Origin: a virus
Taxonomy: Duplodnaviria > Caudoviricetes
Virus record (IMG/VR): IMGVR_UViG_3300026123_000018
Location: 1-30,569 of that record
Length of the DNA: 30,569 nucleotides
Direction: 5' to 3' (one strand)
Shown here: piece by piece, positions 27,270 to 30,569 of the stretch
Position numbering within the stretch: the first letter of the stretch is position 1
Layout: the number at the start of each line of letters is the position of its first letter
Translations under genes and position numbers: made by a program
Notes under the pieces: model-generated
Databases searched by the model: none
What the model saw: the letters and a program-made list of their open reading frames with translations, nothing else
What the model was told of the DNA's origin: nothing

Positions 27270-27404
27270 ATGAATTTTAGAGAATTTTTAAAACAAGAAG
27301 AAAACAGTCAAACTGAAGAAAACAGTCAAACTGAAGAAAACAGTCAAACTGAAGAAAACACTCAAACTGAAGAAAACAGTCAAACTGAAGAAAACGAAGA
27401 TTAA
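27270..27404 (+). CDS. 44-aa acidic repeat micro-protein
   Basis: Strong AAGGAGG RBS before ATG 27270; MNFREFLKQ followed by (EENSQT)n. Confidence 0.65.
   Translation: MNFREFLKQEENSQTEENSQTEENSQTEENTQTEENSQTEENED
27297..27395 (+). repeat. 18-bp tandem repeat, 5.5 copies
   Basis: gaagaaaacagtcaaact units from 27297, with one substitution in the fourth unit. Confidence 0.95.
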
Positions 27405-27913
27405 TTATATGGATTTATGTCATAATCTTTAAACAACTTTTCTAAATCTTTAGTTAGTTTACCACTTTTAGGATATTCTGGAAATTTTCTTTTTCCTGAA
27501 TATTCTTTTTTTAATTTATTATAGTTTCTTTTTGAAACTTTAGGTTCTTTATGAACTTCTTTCGGGTGGATATACATATTACCATCTTCATCTACATACG
27601 CCCCTTTATCAAAATAATCGGCCGCATTTCTTAAAAAAGTACCAATGTCAAAATCTTGTTCATTTGATAAACCAGTTCTTTTAATAGCATTTTCTAATTT
27701 ACCTAGAACCGCGTTTGTTCTAAAGTCCAATGCTTCTCTAATAGTACCTTTAAATTCAGAATATTCTTCGTCATTTCTTTTGTGCGCATGATCCAAAGCC
27801 ATTTTTTCTAAAGGAATTTCTTTATCTAGCACTGGACATTTTTTATCATTCATCAACCACAGTTTTTCTTTTAAAATTCTAATGTCTTTTTGTTTCATTT
27901 CAATGAATTTCAC
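27401..27913 (-). CDS. Endonuclease VII-like resolvase (gp49 family)
   Basis: KCPV....LDH.H...G.IR..L...N..LGKLEN and IHP; probable GTG start at 27913 with an AAGGA RBS. Confidence 0.75.
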   Translation of the reverse strand: MKFIEMKQKDIRILKEKLWLMNDKKCPVLDKEIPLEKMALDHAHKRNDEEYSEFKGTIREALDFRTNAVLGKLENAIKRTGLSNEQDFDIGTFLRNAADYFDKGAYVDEDGNMYIHPKEVHKEPKVSKRNYNKLKKEYSGKRKFPEYPKSGKLTKDLEKLFKDYDINPYN

Positions 27914-28118
27914 TATATTCCTTTTTACAACTCTCAATCATTTCTGCTTCTATTAATCTATCTTTATCATCTAAATACTGTTTTAATAATAATTCTATAT
28001 ATTGTTTTTCGTTCTCTTCTGATATTTTTTCTTTATTCGCTATCTTTTTAAACACATAGAAAACATCGTTTAAATGTTTTAAATTGAATTTTTTACTTTT
28101 AGTATTTTTCTTAAACAT
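27900..28118 (-). CDS. Hypothetical protein
   Basis: 72 aa, with an AAGGA RBS on the - strand and a late promoter upstream. Confidence 0.6.
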   Translation of the reverse strand: MFKKNTKSKKFNLKHLNDVFYVFKKIANKEKISEENEKQYIELLLKQYLDDKDRLIEAEMIESCKKEYSEIH

Positions 28119-28130
28119 GTTTATCCTTTT

Positions 28131-28168
28131 AAACTTAGTTTTAACTTTTGTTTGATATAATATTTATA
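28131..28168. promoter_or_regulatory. Overlapping divergent promoters: + strand TGATATAAT and - strand TATAAATA
   Basis: TGATATAAT at 28153-28161 and TATTTATA at 28161-28168. Confidence 0.6.
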
Positions 28169-28194
28169 GATAAATAAATTAAAGGATACTAAAA

Positions 28195-28491
28195 ATGCAA
28201 ATTACAGAAAAAGCAATATATAATACTAAAATGTGGGTGCCGAGAAAAGATGCAATGGCGGTTCAGAACGCTTTGCTAAAACAACCAAATTTAGGATACG
28301 AATTGGCACTAGATAAATCAAAAAAGAAACATAAGTTTCCAAGAAATTTAAAAGCGGTTGCATTCTTTATTGATAATTCTGGGTATATTGAACATATAGA
28401 AGTTACAAATGAAGATTACTATGATTGTTTAGATGAATTTGAATCTTATAATGAAGATGAAATAAATTATGAAGTTGTATTAACAAACTAA
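28195..28491 (+). CDS. Hypothetical protein
   Basis: 98 aa, AAGGA RBS, acidic C-terminus. Confidence 0.7.
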   Translation: MQITEKAIYNTKMWVPRKDAMAVQNALLKQPNLGYELALDKSKKKHKFPRNLKAVAFFIDNSGYIEHIEVTNEDYYDCLDEFESYNEDEINYEVVLTN

Positions 28492-28502
28492 AAGGAGAAT
28501 TG

Positions 28503-28760
28503 ATGCCTATCCAAAAAAAACAAATGACACCAGAACAAGTTAATGATTACACCAATAACATTAATAATCAACGGCCAAAAATGATGATATTCGGTAATGA
28601 ATATTATGAAGATGAATTAAGTCAAGAAGTAAAAAAACAAATAGCAGATTTAAAAGTTGTTAATGAAGAATTGAATAATCAATTAAGATTAGCCGGAATA
28701 ATTGAAATAGCAAAAAAATCAATTGAAAAAAATATAAAAGAAATCTTAAACATTAGATAA
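28503..28760 (+). CDS. Small coiled-coil protein (DUF6447-like)
   Basis: IFGNEY..DELSQEVKKQIADL pattern; AAGGAG RBS; ATG 28503. Confidence 0.55.
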   Translation: MPIQKKQMTPEQVNDYTNNINNQRPKMMIFGNEYYEDELSQEVKKQIADLKVVNEELNNQLRLAGIIEIAKKSIEKNIKEILNIR

Positions 28761-28778
28761 TATATAATAATAAATGTG

Positions 28779-28826
28779 TATAAATAATTATAATAGAGGA
28801 TAAAAGTATTTTAAAATATATAAATA
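28779..28826 (+). promoter_or_regulatory. Two tandem late promoters TATAAATA (28779 and 28819)
   Basis: Exact consensus twice in the intergenic region. Confidence 0.6.
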
Positions 28827-28853
28827 TTAAAAAAACTTAGAGGTTTATAGTTT

Positions 28854-29258
28854 ATGGAATCACAATTTTTCGCCTTTTTGGCTACATTACTAAGTGGAGG
28901 AGTTCTTTCTGAAGGTGCTCTAATACTAATTTTAATATTTATGGTAAGCGCTTTATCTTATTATTTTATTAGACCTATGTTCAAAAAGGTTGAACAAATA
29001 CCTAATATAAGTGAATTAAAAAAACTATTGAAAGATTCATCAGAACATGACCAATCAGATATTGATGAACTTTCTAAAAAATTAGATAAAATAATTGAAG
29101 TATTAGAAGATTTAGACGATATTGACAAATCTTCTTTTAGAGAAATTAAAGAACTTAAACGAGACGTAGAAACAATAAAACAGATTTTAAATCAATTCCA
29201 AGGACATATGATGTATGGCGGAAGACAAAGCGATTTTGGTAATAGGGAGATAAAATGA
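28854..29258 (+). CDS. Membrane protein with C-terminal coiled coil (holin-like candidate)
   Basis: Hydrophobic N-terminus (ALILILIFMVSALSYYFI) and a heptad-rich charged C-terminus. Confidence 0.6.
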   Translation: MESQFFAFLATLLSGGVLSEGALILILIFMVSALSYYFIRPMFKKVEQIPNISELKKLLKDSSEHDQSDIDELSKKLDKIIEVLEDLDDIDKSSFREIKELKRDVETIKQILNQFQGHMMYGGRQSDFGNREIK

Positions 29259-30073
29259 CACCAAAAAATTCAATTAGATTTGAAAAATATCTAAGTACAT
29301 ACCAATTTTATTCAAACAGTATTAGCTTTAGAATAATTAGTTCAAAAGCATTTGAAAAATTTAAAAATGTTCAAAATTTTCAATTAAATCAATTAGCAAA
29401 CGGGAGATTTTATTTTTCCTCAACAAGAAGAGAAATTTTATTACTAAAATATGATATGTGGTCAAGATGTCTGGCAGAAATAGAAAATTACTTTATTGAA
29501 ATGTCAGGTAATGAAGTAAATAACATTGTTGGATCTGAAGATTTAAATTTTATATTGTCATTGGCAAATAAAACTACAGATGTTTACAAAGAAATAATGC
29601 TTAATAAAAATATAGATTATTTTGATATTGAATTTACTAAAATATGGTTGGAAATTCACGAGTCAGTGTATTTGTACATGCTAGAAATGTTAAAAGGAAT
29701 AGAGGGATATTCTTATGAAATGGCCTTCACACTAATCGTTGATTTATTAATAAAGTGTATGCAATATACTCTTATAGAAATATATGAACTGGATTCTATA
29801 ATTTGTAAAAGAAATAAAGATTGTAAAACATGTGAAGAATCAGATGACTGCGAAACATCTGACTTTGTTATCATTTGCGAGTTATCTGAAAGCTATTTCC
29901 ATATGTTCGGAGAATCACTTGCAGCTAATAGATTAAATGTTTATAAAAAATATTTTGATATTGATAGTATTTTTATAAAAAATTATACTGATGAGAATAT
30001 TCCGAAAGAATTAATAAATGATTTGGAAAAAACAAATATAAACATTGATTACAAAAAAACATTAATCAAATAA
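29255..30073 (+). CDS. Hypothetical helical protein with a Cys-rich segment
   Basis: ATGA overlap with the upstream gene; CKRNKDCKTCEESDDC...C. Confidence 0.7.
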   Translation: MTPKNSIRFEKYLSTYQFYSNSISFRIISSKAFEKFKNVQNFQLNQLANGRFYFSSTRREILLLKYDMWSRCLAEIENYFIEMSGNEVNNIVGSEDLNFILSLANKTTDVYKEIMLNKNIDYFDIEFTKIWLEIHESVYLYMLEMLKGIEGYSYEMAFTLIVDLLIKCMQYTLIEIYELDSIICKRNKDCKTCEESDDCETSDFVIICELSESYFHMFGESLAANRLNVYKKYFDIDSIFIKNYTDENIPKELINDLEKTNINIDYKKTLIK

Positions 30074-30083
30074 AGGAATTAAT

Positions 30084-30455
30084 ATGGGTTTAGTTGTAAT
30101 TGTAGATGATGATGATATATCATTAAAAATACTGATGGACGCGTTGACTAAAATCTCACCGACGATGAGAATAAGCGGATTTACAGACCCATCGGAAGCG
30201 CTAACATTCGTAAAAACACACGACGTAGATCTTGTTGTAACAGATAATATGATGCCAGTAATTAATGGCGTAGAATTACTCAAAGAAGTTAAAAAAATTA
30301 ATAAAAACATAAAGGTAATCTTAATGTCAAGCTTTATAACAACTGATAGATTCATAGACGCCAAACACTATGATGTTGACGCAATACTTAGAAAACCATT
30401 TTATGATATGAAGGAAATTGTTGGCATAATACATAGATTCTCTAAAAAAATATAA
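30084..30455 (+). CDS. Single-domain response regulator receiver (CheY-like)
   Basis: IVDDD, DLVVTDNMMP..NG.EL (D54), ILMS (S82) and RKPF (K104); no output domain. Confidence 0.93.
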   Translation: MGLVVIVDDDDISLKILMDALTKISPTMRISGFTDPSEALTFVKTHDVDLVVTDNMMPVINGVELLKEVKKINKNIKVILMSSFITTDRFIDAKHYDVDAILRKPFYDMKEIVGIIHRFSKKI

Positions 30456-30458
30456 ATA
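30451..30458 (+). promoter_or_regulatory. Late promoter TATAAATA for the next gene
   Basis: Exact consensus overlapping the receiver stop codon. Confidence 0.55.
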
Positions 30459-30515
30459 GATTAATGGTATTATTAATAAAGATTAATACTAAATAATTTT
30501 TTTGGAGGTTATAGT

Positions 30516-30569
30516 ATGGCTATAACAAGATATAGTTCTTTCAATAGAACAGTCCAAACAATTGCTGAA
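30516..30569 (+). CDS. Start of a gene truncated by the window end (MAITRYSSFNRTVQTIAE...)
   Basis: GGAGG RBS and a frame open to the edge. Confidence 0.6.
   Translation, partial: MAITRYSSFNRTVQTIAE

Noticed and set aside
27297-27395. Short regular repeats as a CRISPR array (also 711-926)
   Set aside because: The units are directly adjacent with no unique spacers and are in frame within coding sequence.
266-30364. Numerous short antisense or alternate-frame ORFs in the track (e.g. 266-622, 5257-5607, 30062-30364)
   Set aside because: They are shadows of well-supported genes, with no RBS or recognisable motifs.
1-30569. Stop-codon reassignment, tRNA or rRNA genes
   Set aside because: Genes are full length and densely packed under the standard code, and the intergenic gaps are short and AT-rich with no cloverleaf seen.

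Overview
AT-rich segment of a large T4-like myophage genome. The host is possibly Campylobacterota, inferred only from the extended -10 promoters with upstream T-tracts. From left to right it holds: the 3' end of a repeat-containing tape-measure/hub gene; a baseplate block (gp48, gp53, hub, lysozyme-less gp5, PAAR, gp25, gp6, gp7-like); a ~9 kb tail-fibre region with three paralogous fibre/tip/chaperone cassettes plus further small fibre and chaperone genes; class Ia ribonucleotide reductase; dNMP kinase; gp3; the late transcription genes gp55 and gp33; an endonuclease VII homolog; and a late operon ending in a stand-alone CheY-like receiver. The main highlight is nrdA, which is fractured into two genes carrying the halves of a naturally split intein. 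A free-standing PD-(D/E)XK endonuclease gene sits between them, with a 12-bp hairpin next to its ribosome binding site. Other highlights are the mosaic fibre cassettes with interchangeable-looking tip genes, overlapping divergent early/late promoters at gp55, and the phage-borne receiver operon. All family calls come from motif recognition and synteny, not database searches.
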